DNA of 64,000 bases, from the NCBI GenBank assembly GCA_049840815.1, contig JASGJI010000012.1:40157-104156 (forward strand), written 5' to 3'. A program made the translations under genes and the position numbers. Shown here in pieces: positions 25,156 to 34,526 of the stretch. A model generated the notes under the pieces. It did no database searches. It was not told the DNA's origin and worked only from the letters and a program-made list of their open reading frames with translations. Every line of letters starts with the position of its first letter. Positions within the stretch are counted from its first letter, which is position 1. This DNA is from Thermomicrobiales bacterium. GTDB taxonomy: Bacteria > Chloroflexota > Chloroflexia > Thermomicrobiales > UBA6265.

Positions 25156-25761
25156 GTGTCCGACGTTCCCTATCCTGAGCTGAATGGCAAGACCCGCGAA
25201 GAGACGTGGGCACTGCTGAACGAGTGGGTGAAGAGCCCCAGCCTGATCCAGCACTGCCTGGCCGTCGAGACTGCCACGCGCGCCTATGCCGTCAAGAACG
25301 GCGAGCCGGAAGAAGCGTGGGCCATCGTCGGCCTTATTCACGACTTCGACTACGAGAAGCACCCCACGCTGGATGAGCATCCGTACGTCGGCGCGGGCGT
25401 CCTGCGCGATCTTGGCTACCCGGATTGGGTGGTCCGCGCCGTGCTCAGCCATGCCGACGATCCGGCCTACCCGCGCGAGACGGATCTCGAAAAGACCCTC
25501 TTCGCGGTCGATGAGCTTACCGGGTTCATCTCCGCCGTCGCCCTCGTGCGCCCGTCGAAGGCCGTTGCCGATGTGAAGGCATCGTCGGTCAAGAAGAAAA
25601 TGAAGGACAAGGCGTTCGCCGCCGCCGTCAAGCGCGAGGACCTGATCTCCGGCGCCCAGGAGCTCGGGATCGACCTCGACGAGCACATCACCTTCGTGAT
25701 CGGGGCGATGACGGAAAACGCCGAGGCGCTCGGGTTATCCGGCGTCTCCGAAACCGCGTAA
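25156..25761 (+). CDS. HD-domain phosphohydrolase
   Basis: H...HD motif (QHCLAVE..., GLIHDFDYEKHP). The GTG start at 25156 is preferred over the long track ORF, which overlaps queA. Confidence 0.75.
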   Translation: MSDVPYPELNGKTREETWALLNEWVKSPSLIQHCLAVETATRAYAVKNGEPEEAWAIVGLIHDFDYEKHPTLDEHPYVGAGVLRDLGYPDWVVRAVLSHADDPAYPRETDLEKTLFAVDELTGFISAVALVRPSKAVADVKASSVKKKMKDKAFAAAVKREDLISGAQELGIDLDEHITFVIGAMTENAEALGLSGVSETA

Positions 25762-25969
25762 AGAGTCGCCGCTCCGCCACCTCGCAGCATGACGAGGGTG
25801 CCGGACTGGCCGCAGCCACCCCCGACCCCGCATAATCGGCGGGCAATTGGCTCGCGGGACCGGACCACACCTCGGTGTGGAACCCTCCTTGCGGAACTTC
25901 CCTGCCGGCAAGCCGCCGCCCGCTCGGGCAGGTCCGGACCCGGCAATGCACGAAAGGACCACGCCACTC

Positions 25970-26497
25970 ATGGCCAAGCAATGGAGCAAGCCCTTCGACA
26001 ACCAGCTCGACGCGGGCAAGTCGTATAGCGCAACGCTGGACACCAGCCACGGAACGATCACAATCGAGCTGTATCCGGAGGATGCACCGATCACGGTCAA
26101 CAACTTCGTGAGCCTCGCGCGTGAGGGCTTCTACGACGGCACGCCGTTCCACCGGATCGTCAAGGGCTTTGTCATCCAGGGTGGCGATCCCACCGGCACC
26201 GGCGCGGGCGGTCCTGGCTACAAGTTCCAGGACGAGAAGATCACCAAGGACTACGAAGAGGGCGTCGTCGCGATGGCGAACGCTGGCCCGAACACCAACG
26301 GCAGCCAGTTCTTCATCTGCCTCCGCGACCTGCGCGGCGGCCTCCCGAAGAACTACACCATCTTCGGCAAGGTGACCGAGGGCTTCGATGTCGCCAAGGC
26401 GATCGAGGCGGTCCCGACCACCTACGGCCGCAGCGGCGAGCCGTCCACCCCGACCGAGCCGGTGACGCTCAACTCCGTCACCATCACCGAGGCCTAG
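25970..26497 (+). CDS. ppiB: cyclophilin-type peptidyl-prolyl cis-trans isomerase
   Basis: FHRIVKGFVIQGGDPTGTGAGGPGY and MANAGPNTNGSQFFI. Confidence 0.92.
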   Translation: MAKQWSKPFDNQLDAGKSYSATLDTSHGTITIELYPEDAPITVNNFVSLAREGFYDGTPFHRIVKGFVIQGGDPTGTGAGGPGYKFQDEKITKDYEEGVVAMANAGPNTNGSQFFICLRDLRGGLPKNYTIFGKVTEGFDVAKAIEAVPTTYGRSGEPSTPTEPVTLNSVTITEA

Positions 26498-26584
26498 TCC
26501 GGGCAAGCCCGAGAGGAATACCTCGCGAAGACCCGCTCGATCACCAATTGGGGATCGAGCGGGTCTTCAATGATCGCGCCGGAA

Positions 26585-26824
26585 TCAGGCGGCGAGATCC
26601 CAGTCCTCAGCAGCGGCATCGTCCGTCGCGGTGAGCTGATCGGCCAGCACCTCGTACTGGCGTAGCAGGTCGATCCAGAACTCCTCCCACCGCGAGACAT
26701 CCACCCCATCGGCGATGCCCTCGTCGATCCGGCGGTAGCCATCGTCGAGCCGGCGTTCGAGCGTGCGGAGCGAGAGATCTGGCGAAAGCGGGGACAAGTG
26801 GGACGAAAGATGTCGAACGGCCAT
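26585..26824 (-). CDS. hypothetical protein
   Basis: 79-aa acidic ORF downstream of the Rad52-like gene on the same strand. Confidence 0.45.
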   Translation of the reverse strand: MAVRHLSSHLSPLSPDLSLRTLERRLDDGYRRIDEGIADGVDVSRWEEFWIDLLRQYEVLADQLTATDDAAAEDWDLAA

Positions 26825-26873
26825 GCGTACCTCCTCGCGCTTCAGCGCTGAACGATCGTCAGGTCGGGCGAAC

Positions 26874-27515
26874 TCAGGAGACGCGGCGATTTTCGCGCTC
26901 CTGCTGTCTCCCCTTCAGGGCCTCGATCACCACCGAGGCATCGCGCCGGGAAATCTGCTCGACATCGGCCTGCACCAACTCCTGGGTGAAGAGGTTCAGC
27001 GCCGCATCGTCCATCTTCAGTTCACGCGCAACACTGCGAATGAACGACATCTGCTTCGGCGACGGCGAATGATCGCGCGCGTCGTCGCGAACCGGCTGCG
27101 GACGTCCGTTGCCGAAGAGCGCCGTTGGCTGAGTACCACCACCACCCCGGTTCACCGGAGCGTCCACGACGTGCCCATCGGCCGCGCCATAGACCATGTC
27201 GTCGCAGAACTGGGTACCGAACCCAAGCGCGGCGAGCGCCCGCCCGATGGCCTTGGTCTCGGCCTTCTCGATGTAGTTCGGGAAGGTCGAAACGTCCTCG
27301 CTCCCCCATCCGGTCGCGCTGGCGCCGGACGGAAGTGTGACCTGGGCGCGGAAGATCGCCTGGTTGCCGGTGTGGGCGACGAGATCGGTCTCGATCGTGG
27401 CGTCCGGATGCTGATCGCGCAACCAGACAAGACGCCACTTGACTTCGAGGTAATCACTGCCCTTGACCTTGGTGAGATAGCGGCTGGGATCGAATGCGGT
27501 TGTGGGAAGGGCCAT
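26874..27515 (-). CDS. Rad52/Sak-like single-strand annealing protein (tentative)
   Basis: YIEKAETKAIGRALAALGFG resembles the conserved helix-hairpin of Rad52-family SSAPs (DdrA/Sak type). An SOS box lies upstream. Confidence 0.45.
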   Translation of the reverse strand: MALPTTAFDPSRYLTKVKGSDYLEVKWRLVWLRDQHPDATIETDLVAHTGNQAIFRAQVTLPSGASATGWGSEDVSTFPNYIEKAETKAIGRALAALGFGTQFCDDMVYGAADGHVVDAPVNRGGGGTQPTALFGNGRPQPVRDDARDHSPSPKQMSFIRSVARELKMDDAALNLFTQELVQADVEQISRRDASVVIEALKGRQQERENRRVS

Positions 27516-27540
27516 GAGTGCATCTCCGTGGGAACAGATC

Positions 27541-27554
27541 GGAACGTGTGTTCT
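27541..27554. promoter_or_regulatory. Cheo-type LexA (SOS) box upstream of the Rad52-like gene
   Basis: GGAACgtgtGTTCT fits GAAC-N4-GTTC and lies ~27 nt upstream of the start at 27515. A degenerate second site, AGAACaaacGATCT, is at 27575-27588. Confidence 0.55.
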
Positions 27555-27655
27555 GTTCTTCGTGTTCTGATTTTAGAACAAACGATCTATTCCGTCAACA
27601 GTCTGTGCCAAGAAGTCACTTCCGTGGCGCGCTCACGCCGAATCGCGCGGCGCGT

Positions 27656-28702
27656 TCACGCATCCCGACCATCCGGCGACACGATCCCGAGTTCGCCACG
27701 CGACATGCGAACTCGCCAACCTGCACCAATCTCGACGACCTTGCCCCCGTCGTTTCGCACGAGCAGGAGGCGCACAGCCTCTGTCCGGTCGAAGGTCAGA
27801 TCCACATCAGCTGCATTCGCCGCCACCCAACACCGCACCATCCGGCGCTGGATCGCCACCGGATGCGCCATCATCATGTCGCGGGCGAGACGCCCCTCCC
27901 CCTCACGCAGCCCAAGAAGCGCGATACCATCGAGCGCATCGTTGTCATCGGCGGCCCGCTGTGCCAAAGCGGCCAGGTTCCCTTCAGCACCCGGCACCAC
28001 GTCCTCCAGCACCGGCAGCACCCGATGCCGGACCGCATTCCGGCGATACACCTCCGAGCGATTGGAGGGATCGTCGATAACCGGCAGACCATGGGTCTCG
28101 ACCAGCGCCCGCAACATCGCCGGCTCTTCCCCCAACAGCGGACGCCAGAGCCGAACCGACGTGCGCGTTTCATCACGCGTCCACCATGGCACATCGACCG
28201 TCGCGATCTCCCGCATGCCACCCGCGCCCTGTAACCCCGCGCCACGCAGAAGATGCAGCAGGACTGTCTCAGCCTGGTCGCGGCGATGGTGGCCCGTCGC
28301 AATCACGTCCGCTCCCATTTGAGACGCGACCGCCGCCAGCAGGCGATACCGCTCGCGACGCATCGATTCCTCCACGCCCACCCCCCGATGCCGCGCGATC
28401 GCATCCGGCGCAATGACCTCGCTTCGGAAGGCAACACCGAGGCGAGCGACCACCTCGCCGACCGCAATGGCCTCGGCAGCCGATTCCGGGCGCGCACCGT
28501 GATCGACATGAACGGCGACCAGACGCAGCTCACCCAGACGATCGAGTTCACGAAGCAGGACGACGAGGGCGAGCGAATCCGCCCCTCCCGACAGCGCAGC
28601 GACCACGACCGGGATGCTCGTCTCATCGCCATCCCCAACTGACCGGCGCAGCCGCTCCAGCGCGCGTCGTACCCGTTGCAAGGCGCCCGATTCCGCCGTC
28701 AT
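27656..28702 (-). CDS. tilS: tRNA(Ile)-lysidine synthase
   Basis: PP-loop VVAALSGGADSLAL with TilS-length colinearity. The start at 28702 is preferred (the track gives 28771). Confidence 0.88.
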   Translation of the reverse strand: MTAESGALQRVRRALERLRRSVGDGDETSIPVVVAALSGGADSLALVVLLRELDRLGELRLVAVHVDHGARPESAAEAIAVGEVVARLGVAFRSEVIAPDAIARHRGVGVEESMRRERYRLLAAVASQMGADVIATGHHRRDQAETVLLHLLRGAGLQGAGGMREIATVDVPWWTRDETRTSVRLWRPLLGEEPAMLRALVETHGLPVIDDPSNRSEVYRRNAVRHRVLPVLEDVVPGAEGNLAALAQRAADDNDALDGIALLGLREGEGRLARDMMMAHPVAIQRRMVRCWVAANAADVDLTFDRTEAVRLLLVRNDGGKVVEIGAGWRVRMSRGELGIVSPDGRDA

Positions 28703-28877
28703 CCCCCTTGACCCTCCCCACTCCGCGATAACCCGTCCGAACACACACGACATTCGCAGCACGCCAGCCACCCATGTGGCACGATTCAGCGTACAGTTCG
28801 CCGATGGACGTCGATTGCAGGGATCTCCCGATCACATTTCCCGCAGCGTCCAGGCAAGGACACGTACCGTCGAGGCA

Positions 28878-30209
28878 ATGCGCCACCTGATGCACGTCTT
28901 GCTCGCGCGACTCCATGAAAAACGTCAGTATCCCGCCGTCACCCGCAGGACAGCCGTCCCCATCGAGAGACCAACCCCGCCCATGGCCGTTTCCCGCATC
29001 GACTCCCGCTCCGCCCGCATCGTGGCCCCGCTCGCCACCGCATCGACGCTGGCACTGCGGGCATCGTCTGCCCGCTCCGCAACCCCCACTCCGACCCCGG
29101 AAGCCAGCCCCAAAGCATCGCCGCAGGCGACCCCAGCGGCATCGCCCGTTGCCTCTCCGGCGGCGTCGCCAGTGGTCACAATGGACGATGCAGGCATCTC
29201 GAAGCGCATCTCCGCGCAGCTCAAGGGCGAGATCGGCGTCTACGGTGTCGTGATCGCGAGTGCCAGCGGAAAGATCCTGTGCAGCCGCAACAGCAACCTC
29301 CCGTTCATGACGGCCAGCCTCTATAAACTCATCCTGATGGCAGACATCTATCGCAAGATCGAGCGAGGTTCCCTCAGTCAGCAGGACGCGATCGAACTTG
29401 ACTGGTCGGTCTTCAGCGACGACGGCGAAGCGTATTTTGGCTGGGATCAGATCGGGAACGCCTACCCGATTCAGGAGTATCTGTATGCCACCGGCGCATA
29501 TTCCAGCAATGCCGGCGCATGGACCCTGCTCACGCTGACATCCGCCGACGATCTCGCCCAGACAGCGGCGGACATTGGACTCACTCGCACGTTCATCATG
29601 ACGGATCTGTCAACACTGCCGTCCTGGCCGTTCCCCGGTGGCGCCGACGCCATTGGGGACGACGACGATCTCGCGACGGCGTTCGTGGAGTCATGGTCGA
29701 ACTGGGATACCCTCACCAACATCACCACGCCGCGCGACATGGCGATCTACTTCCATGCCCTCATCACGAATACGCTGCTCTCTCCGTGGATCAGCAAGCA
29801 GATCGCGGACATCCTTTCTCAACAGCAGGTGCGCGACAGGATTCCCGCTCTCCTTCCAGCGAACACCGTGACGATCAACAAGACGGGAAACCTGGAGGGT
29901 ATCGTGAACGATGCCGGCATCGTCGAGTTGGCGAGCGGTCCCCGAATCATTGTCCTTCTCTCCGAAGCAATGCCGAGCGATACTCGCGCGACCCTGATCC
30001 TGCAGCGGCTGGCGCTGATCGCGACGGGCGTGACCGTGATTCCGCCACTCGACGTGCCCAATCCGGAAGGGCTGGACGCGATCGACAGCACCGATCCCGC
30101 CGCCTGGTATCCCGGTGCGAACGGGACCGACGGAGACGCTGAGGCGACGCCGGACGCCCCCGACGGGGACCAGAACGAACCTCCTGACGTCGACAACGAT
30201 GGCACCTGA
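28878..30209 (+). CDS. class-A beta-lactamase-like serine hydrolase with Pro/Ala/Ser-rich linker
   Basis: SxxK (TASLYK) and KTG (INKTGNLEG) motifs. N-terminal signal/linker (ASPKASPQATPAASPVASPAASP). The start is uncertain. Confidence 0.7.
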   Translation: MRHLMHVLLARLHEKRQYPAVTRRTAVPIERPTPPMAVSRIDSRSARIVAPLATASTLALRASSARSATPTPTPEASPKASPQATPAASPVASPAASPVVTMDDAGISKRISAQLKGEIGVYGVVIASASGKILCSRNSNLPFMTASLYKLILMADIYRKIERGSLSQQDAIELDWSVFSDDGEAYFGWDQIGNAYPIQEYLYATGAYSSNAGAWTLLTLTSADDLAQTAADIGLTRTFIMTDLSTLPSWPFPGGADAIGDDDDLATAFVESWSNWDTLTNITTPRDMAIYFHALITNTLLSPWISKQIADILSQQQVRDRIPALLPANTVTINKTGNLEGIVNDAGIVELASGPRIIVLLSEAMPSDTRATLILQRLALIATGVTVIPPLDVPNPEGLDAIDSTDPAAWYPGANGTDGDAEATPDAPDGDQNEPPDVDNDGT

Positions 30210-30228
30210 TCCCGGAGACAGGACAAGG

Positions 30229-30252
30229 CCCCCAGCGACTGATCGCTGGGGG
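30229..30252 (+). terminator. Terminator hairpin after the beta-lactamase-like gene
   Basis: CCCCCAGCGA-ctga-TCGCTGGGGG followed by TCTT. Confidence 0.6.
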
Positions 30253-30264
30253 TCTTGCGTTGAG

Positions 30265-30310
30265 TGGTGACGACGGCTGGATTCGAACCAGCGACCGAGG
30301 GCTTATGAGT
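30265..30310. repeat. att repeat (distal, displaced tRNA 3' fragment)
   Basis: TGGTGACGACGGCTGGATTCGAACCAGCGACCGAGGGCTTATGAGT is identical to the 3' 46 nt of the tRNA at 41562-41636, from the CCA end to the anticodon loop. Confidence 0.95.
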
Positions 30311-30393
30311 ACCCGACCACACCGTATCAGCGCATGCATCCGCGTGCATCCGTGTATCAGAAAGTCTTGATTCTCCGGGCATTTCTCGCCGAT

Positions 30394-31722
30394 TCATGAC
30401 ATCCCGTCCAATCCAGTGCTATCGGCTCTGGCGTCAGTTTTGGTGTCAACCTTCCCGGTTTTGGTGTCAGGATTGGTGTCGGATTCCGTGACCACGTCGC
30501 CCGTCTTGATCGCCCGATCGAGCCGATGCGCGGCCTCGTCGGAAATCTTCTTCATGAGGTGCCCGTACGTGTTCGCCGTCAAGCTGATCTGCGAGTGTCC
30601 CAAGACCTCCTTCACCACGAACAGGTCCATCCCCTCAGCGAGCAGGAGCGATGCGGTGCAGTGCCGAAGATCGTGGAAGCGCTGCTGCGGGATCGGCGAG
30701 CCGCTGATGAGTTCCCATACCACGCTGGCCTCCGCGATCGTCTTCCTGAGGCGATGCGTGACGGCGGTGTTGTCCGACGGCGTGCCGACCGTCGTGGGGA
30801 AGACCAGATCGAGGTCCACCCACCGATGCGCGGCCATCATCTCGTTCCGAGCATTGATCGCCTGCTGCCTCCGGAGGGCCTCCACAGCCGACACGGAGAG
30901 CTTCACGCTCCGTCGGCTCTCTTCCGTCTTCGGAGGCGTCAGGCGACGCCGTAGCGCTTCCTGCGGCGTGCTGGCGGCCTTCACCTCTTTGGGCGCGTAG
31001 TCCTCACTCAGCGTGTGGCGGATATGGATGTACCCGCCATGGAGATCGACATCATGGGACCACCGCAGCGCCAGAAGCTCCCCCTGCCGACATCCGGTCG
31101 CGATCGCGACGTGAATCAGCGGCCCATTGTCGAGGTCATGCGTCCAGGCAAGGAGCACCTGCACCTCATCCAGCTCCAGCGGCGTGATGCGCACCCGGTC
31201 CACCTTGCGGGGATCGGCGAGGGCGGCGACGTTCTGCGGCACATAGCCCCACTTCACCGCCGAGGCGAGCGCATTCCGAAGCGTGGCCCGGCAGCGGTTC
31301 GCAGTGCTGGGTGACTGGCCATTCTTCACCATGTCCGCCATGAGCCGGTTCACCTGCTGCACCGTGAGCGCCCGGAGCTTCACGCTCCCAATCGCCGGAT
31401 CGATGTACCGCTTCTTGTGGTTCCGGTAGATCGCCAGCGTCGAGGGCCGGACCCGTTGGGCTGCGGTATCCGTCAACCAGCGATCGAGGAACTGCGACAC
31501 CGTCACCGTCCGGAGGGAGAGATCGACCCCCTGCTCCATATCTCGGATGGCGTCCTTGGCTTTCGCCTTCGCCTCACGCTGGGTCTTGCCGTAGAACGCT
31601 TTTCGCTTCCCGTTGGGCAGCGTGATCCTCCACATGTAGCGACCATCCGTGCGCCAGCCGCCCGTGCCTTCACCGTGACCGCGTCTGGTGGCCTTCTTCG
31701 GTTGTGCAGGTACCTCATTCAT
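30394..31722 (-). CDS. int: tyrosine-type site-specific integrase
   Basis: The C-terminal catalytic region HDLRHCTASLLLAEG...VLGHSQISLTANTYGH gives the R..HxxR..Y pattern. An N-terminal SAM-like core-binding region is present. Confidence 0.92.
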   Translation of the reverse strand: MNEVPAQPKKATRRGHGEGTGGWRTDGRYMWRITLPNGKRKAFYGKTQREAKAKAKDAIRDMEQGVDLSLRTVTVSQFLDRWLTDTAAQRVRPSTLAIYRNHKKRYIDPAIGSVKLRALTVQQVNRLMADMVKNGQSPSTANRCRATLRNALASAVKWGYVPQNVAALADPRKVDRVRITPLELDEVQVLLAWTHDLDNGPLIHVAIATGCRQGELLALRWSHDVDLHGGYIHIRHTLSEDYAPKEVKAASTPQEALRRRLTPPKTEESRRSVKLSVSAVEALRRQQAINARNEMMAAHRWVDLDLVFPTTVGTPSDNTAVTHRLRKTIAEASVVWELISGSPIPQQRFHDLRHCTASLLLAEGMDLFVVKEVLGHSQISLTANTYGHLMKKISDEAAHRLDRAIKTGDVVTESDTNPDTKTGKVDTKTDARADSTGLDGMS

Positions 31723-31740
31723 ACATACATATACTTACTG

Positions 31741-31855
31741 TTGAAAACCGGTCCAATCGGTCCACTATAGGGAAAGACCCCGGAATGGCGCGGAAATCGA
31801 TGGACCGATGACCATTTCAGATCGGGCCAACTGCGGTCCAACCGGTCCCGGTCAT
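31741..31855. repeat. GGACCG/CGGTCC-rich block, inverted partner of 41232-41359
   Basis: Blocks 31741-31764 and 31780-31806 match the reverse complement of 41335-41359 and 41293-41319 (22/25 and 25/27 identical by eye). Confidence 0.8.
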
Positions 31856-32015
31856 CGGGCCAGCACCCTCCCGACGTGCATGGTCCCGAAATCCATGCAC
31901 AAAACACTCGGAACATGCCGACGTGCGACAATGCCCGCGCGGCGTTCCACCGAACGTCCGCATTGCCCTCACCGGCTGCAACCGGTGTCAGGCGTCTCGC
32001 TGGTGGCGTGCTCGT

Positions 32016-32228
32016 TCACGCCACCAGTTTTTTTGTGTCGCTTCCCTCCGCGATCGGAACCGGTCGCATCAGGGCTTCTACGTCCGACCTCCGAACCAGG
32101 CGCTCCCGGCGGTCGGCCTGCGATTGGAATGCTTCCAAGTCGCCTTCCTTCACCCGCCGCCAGACCGTTACCCTCGTAACGCCGAGCGCCTCCGCCGCCT
32201 GCCTGATTGTCATGAACTCGTTTTGCAT
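32016..32228 (-). CDS. xis: excisionase / MerR-like HTH DNA-binding protein
   Basis: MTIRQAAEALGVTRVTVWRRVKEGDLEAF. The ATG at 32228 has GGAGGTG 5 nt upstream. Confidence 0.8.
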   Translation of the reverse strand: MQNEFMTIRQAAEALGVTRVTVWRRVKEGDLEAFQSQADRRERLVRRSDVEALMRPVPIAEGSDTKKLVA

Positions 32229-32402
32229 CGTCACCTCCGTCAGCCCATCTTTCATGATTCATTCTAGCACGAACAGTCAATATAGGTTGCATTATCAGTT
32301 TCGATATGTTACATTGTGTATGTCAGGAATGAGACGCCTGACACCGATCACCAGCCGCCGGACCCCGTTTGCAGACGGCCCGGCAAGCCCACGGAGGGCA
32401 CC

Positions 32403-32927
32403 ATGACCACCCTTCTCCCCGCCGAAACCGCCGAGCTTCGTGCGCACGCCGAACGCGCCGCCAAGGCCCGGAAGGACGGCACGCAGCTCCTGCACGACCG
32501 CGCCACGAATGAGTACTTCGCGACCTCGAAGAGCCAGCCAGGCACCCTGCACCGCGTGACACTCGCCTCCTGCGATTGCCTCGGCTTCATCCGGCACCAG
32601 CACTGCAAGCACCATTCGGCGCTGACGATGGCGATGCTGCTCCAGGAGCACGGGCCACAGACGCCGGTACCCGATCCGAGCGGCATCACGACGGTCCGCG
32701 ATCGCGACGGCCAGACGCTCGGCATGACCTTCCAGCGCCCGGATGGCTGGTGGACGGTGCTGGTGACGACGCCGGAGGGCAACCGGAAGGTGAACGATCG
32801 CGGAAACGAACGCGCCGCCGTGAATGCAATCTGGGAATACGCCGACCGTCACCCGCTGGCGCTCGATCCTGCCGAAGACCCCGGCATCGACGCCTATGTG
32901 GAGCTGCTTCACCGCCACGCCGCCTGA
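32403..32927 (+). CDS. SWIM zinc-finger protein
   Basis: CDCLGFIRHQHCKHH fits the CxC-x(n)-CxH SWIM signature. RBS GGAGGG. Confidence 0.65.
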   Translation: MTTLLPAETAELRAHAERAAKARKDGTQLLHDRATNEYFATSKSQPGTLHRVTLASCDCLGFIRHQHCKHHSALTMAMLLQEHGPQTPVPDPSGITTVRDRDGQTLGMTFQRPDGWWTVLVTTPEGNRKVNDRGNERAAVNAIWEYADRHPLALDPAEDPGIDAYVELLHRHAA

Positions 32928-32979
32928 TGCCACCGGGGAGGGTGCGATCCTCCCCGCCACCCCGAACGGAGCGTCCACG

Positions 32980-33531
32980 ATGGACGACTACGAACCCGAT
33001 CTGTACGACGAATGGCGCGAGCAGCAGCGTATCGACCATGAGGCCATCACTCGGTACTGGACCGAGCAGGAGGCCGCGCACGCAGACGACGAAGACCCGT
33101 TTGACCTGATGGACACCCCCACGCACGAGGAACCAACCATGAACGACACCATCGGCGAATCCATCGACCTCTCCAACCCGATCGCGTTCGCCCAAGTCGC
33201 GGACAGCGTCGCCACCAACAACGAAGAGACCCCGGCGTGGATCGCGTTCGACCGCATCCGCGATCTGATCCCCGCCGAGGTGCGGGCGAGCATTGACACC
33301 GCCGATGCGTGGCAGGCCTTCAACGAGGCACTCTACCCGCTGCTCACCGAGGTCTACGATGCCGGACTCCGCCGAGGCGTCACGATCGAACGCTACCGGC
33401 AAGACCTGGTCGCTGGGGAACGTGAGTTTGACCGGAAGTGGGAAGCGATCGTCAGCAAGGGAGCGTCGATCGCGGAACGCCGGTCAGAGACGGGGAACGC
33501 CCTCGCCACCGTAGCGGAGGCTCCCCGATGA
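32980..33531 (+). CDS. hypothetical acidic protein
   Basis: 183-aa ORF. Its stop overlaps the next ATG (ATGA). Confidence 0.5.
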   Translation: MDDYEPDLYDEWREQQRIDHEAITRYWTEQEAAHADDEDPFDLMDTPTHEEPTMNDTIGESIDLSNPIAFAQVADSVATNNEETPAWIAFDRIRDLIPAEVRASIDTADAWQAFNEALYPLLTEVYDAGLRRGVTIERYRQDLVAGEREFDRKWEAIVSKGASIAERRSETGNALATVAEAPR

Positions 33532-33623
33532 CCGGCGGCATGCTGATCTTCCTCGTGATCCTCGTCGGCGCGCCGCTGCTCTACCGCGCCCTGAACCGGC
33601 ACACGCGGCACCGGCGTCGCTGA
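33528..33623 (+). CDS. small single-TM protein (31 aa)
   Basis: MTGGMLIFLVILVGAPLLYRALNRHTRHRRR. Translationally coupled to the upstream gene. Confidence 0.4.
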   Translation: MTGGMLIFLVILVGAPLLYRALNRHTRHRRR

Positions 33624-33634
33624 CCTGCGAATTG
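33610..33634. repeat. 25-bp direct repeat, copy 1
   Basis: ACCGGCGTCGCTGACCTGCGAATTG, identical to 34051-34075. Confidence 0.95.
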
Positions 33635-33784
33635 GTCTGCACCCCCCTGCTCGGCACATACCATCGAACCACGTCGCGAACTCGCCGGAAAGAGCTAGAC
33701 GCGGACATCTGGCCAGAGACCAATAGGCGTATAGAACGCAGTGAGTGTCAGCGTGACACTCACTGCCAACGGGAGGGCCTACCG

Positions 33785-34051
33785 ATGACGACCGGATTCC
33801 TGGTAACTAACGAAGACCTAATTGCGGGCACAACCACTGATATGGGCATCGTGTTCGATCACCTGCAAGCTGCCACATTCGCCGAAGAGCAATGTGAGAA
33901 AGCCGCTGAGTGGCTGATCGAGCAAGGCCACGAGGATGTTCAGAGGCACAAGCTCGATGGAGGCTGGCACTATAGCGTCAGTTCTTCCGGAGAGACCATC
34001 TATACCGTAACAATCGACGAAGTCGAGGTTGAAGACGAAGGGGAGGAATAA
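33785..34051 (+). CDS. hypothetical acidic protein (lower-GC cassette gene)
   Basis: 88-aa ORF, visibly A/T-richer than its neighbours and bracketed by the 25-bp direct repeats. Confidence 0.5.
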   Translation: MTTGFLVTNEDLIAGTTTDMGIVFDHLQAATFAEEQCEKAAEWLIEQGHEDVQRHKLDGGWHYSVSSSGETIYTVTIDEVEVEDEGEE

Positions 34052-34075
34052 CCGGCGTCGCTGACCTGCGAATTG
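34051..34075. repeat. 25-bp direct repeat, copy 2
   Basis: Identical to 33610-33634. It begins at the last base of the cassette gene's stop codon. Confidence 0.95.
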
Positions 34076-34153
34076 ATTACCCTTCGCCACCGGGCGCGTA
34101 GGCTGGAAACAGGCCACGTTCCCGGTGGCGTCGCGTTTCAGCCAGGAGCATCC

Positions 34154-34486
34154 ATGACACGCCCAACCACCCCGCTCGCCATCTGCGCCGCCGCCCTTCG
34201 CGCCGACCTCGCCGCCAGCTATCCCGATACCCGGTTCTCCGTCGCCTGCCGCCCGCGCAAGGCGCGCCCGATCATCACCGTTCGCTGGGAAGATGGCCCG
34301 ACCGAGTACGAGGTCCGCCGCCTCGCGGATCGCCTCACAGAAGGCCACGGCGCGTCGATCCCGTTCATCGACACCATCCGCTGGTGCAGCGGATCGGTGC
34401 GCTGCCGCCGGTGCGGCTCGCCACTCTTCGCCGAGGAGGTGCGGTGTCCCGACTGTGCCGCCCCCGCCCTCCGGCTGGTGGCGTGA
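34154..34486 (+). CDS. hypothetical protein with C-terminal zinc ribbon
   Basis: CRRCG...CPDC pair at the C-terminus. 110 aa. Confidence 0.5.
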   Translation: MTRPTTPLAICAAALRADLAASYPDTRFSVACRPRKARPIITVRWEDGPTEYEVRRLADRLTEGHGASIPFIDTIRWCSGSVRCRRCGSPLFAEEVRCPDCAAPALRLVA

Positions 34487-34526
34487 CCGAAGGCCACGCC
34501 GAAAGAACCTCGACAAGCGACGCGCC

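Noticed and set aside
28614-28877. Extended N-terminus of the beta-lactamase-like ORF overlapping tilS on the opposite strand
   Set aside because: The first ~88 codons are Arg/Ser/Pro-rich shadow sequence antisense to tilS. An internal ATG (28878 or later) is more plausible.
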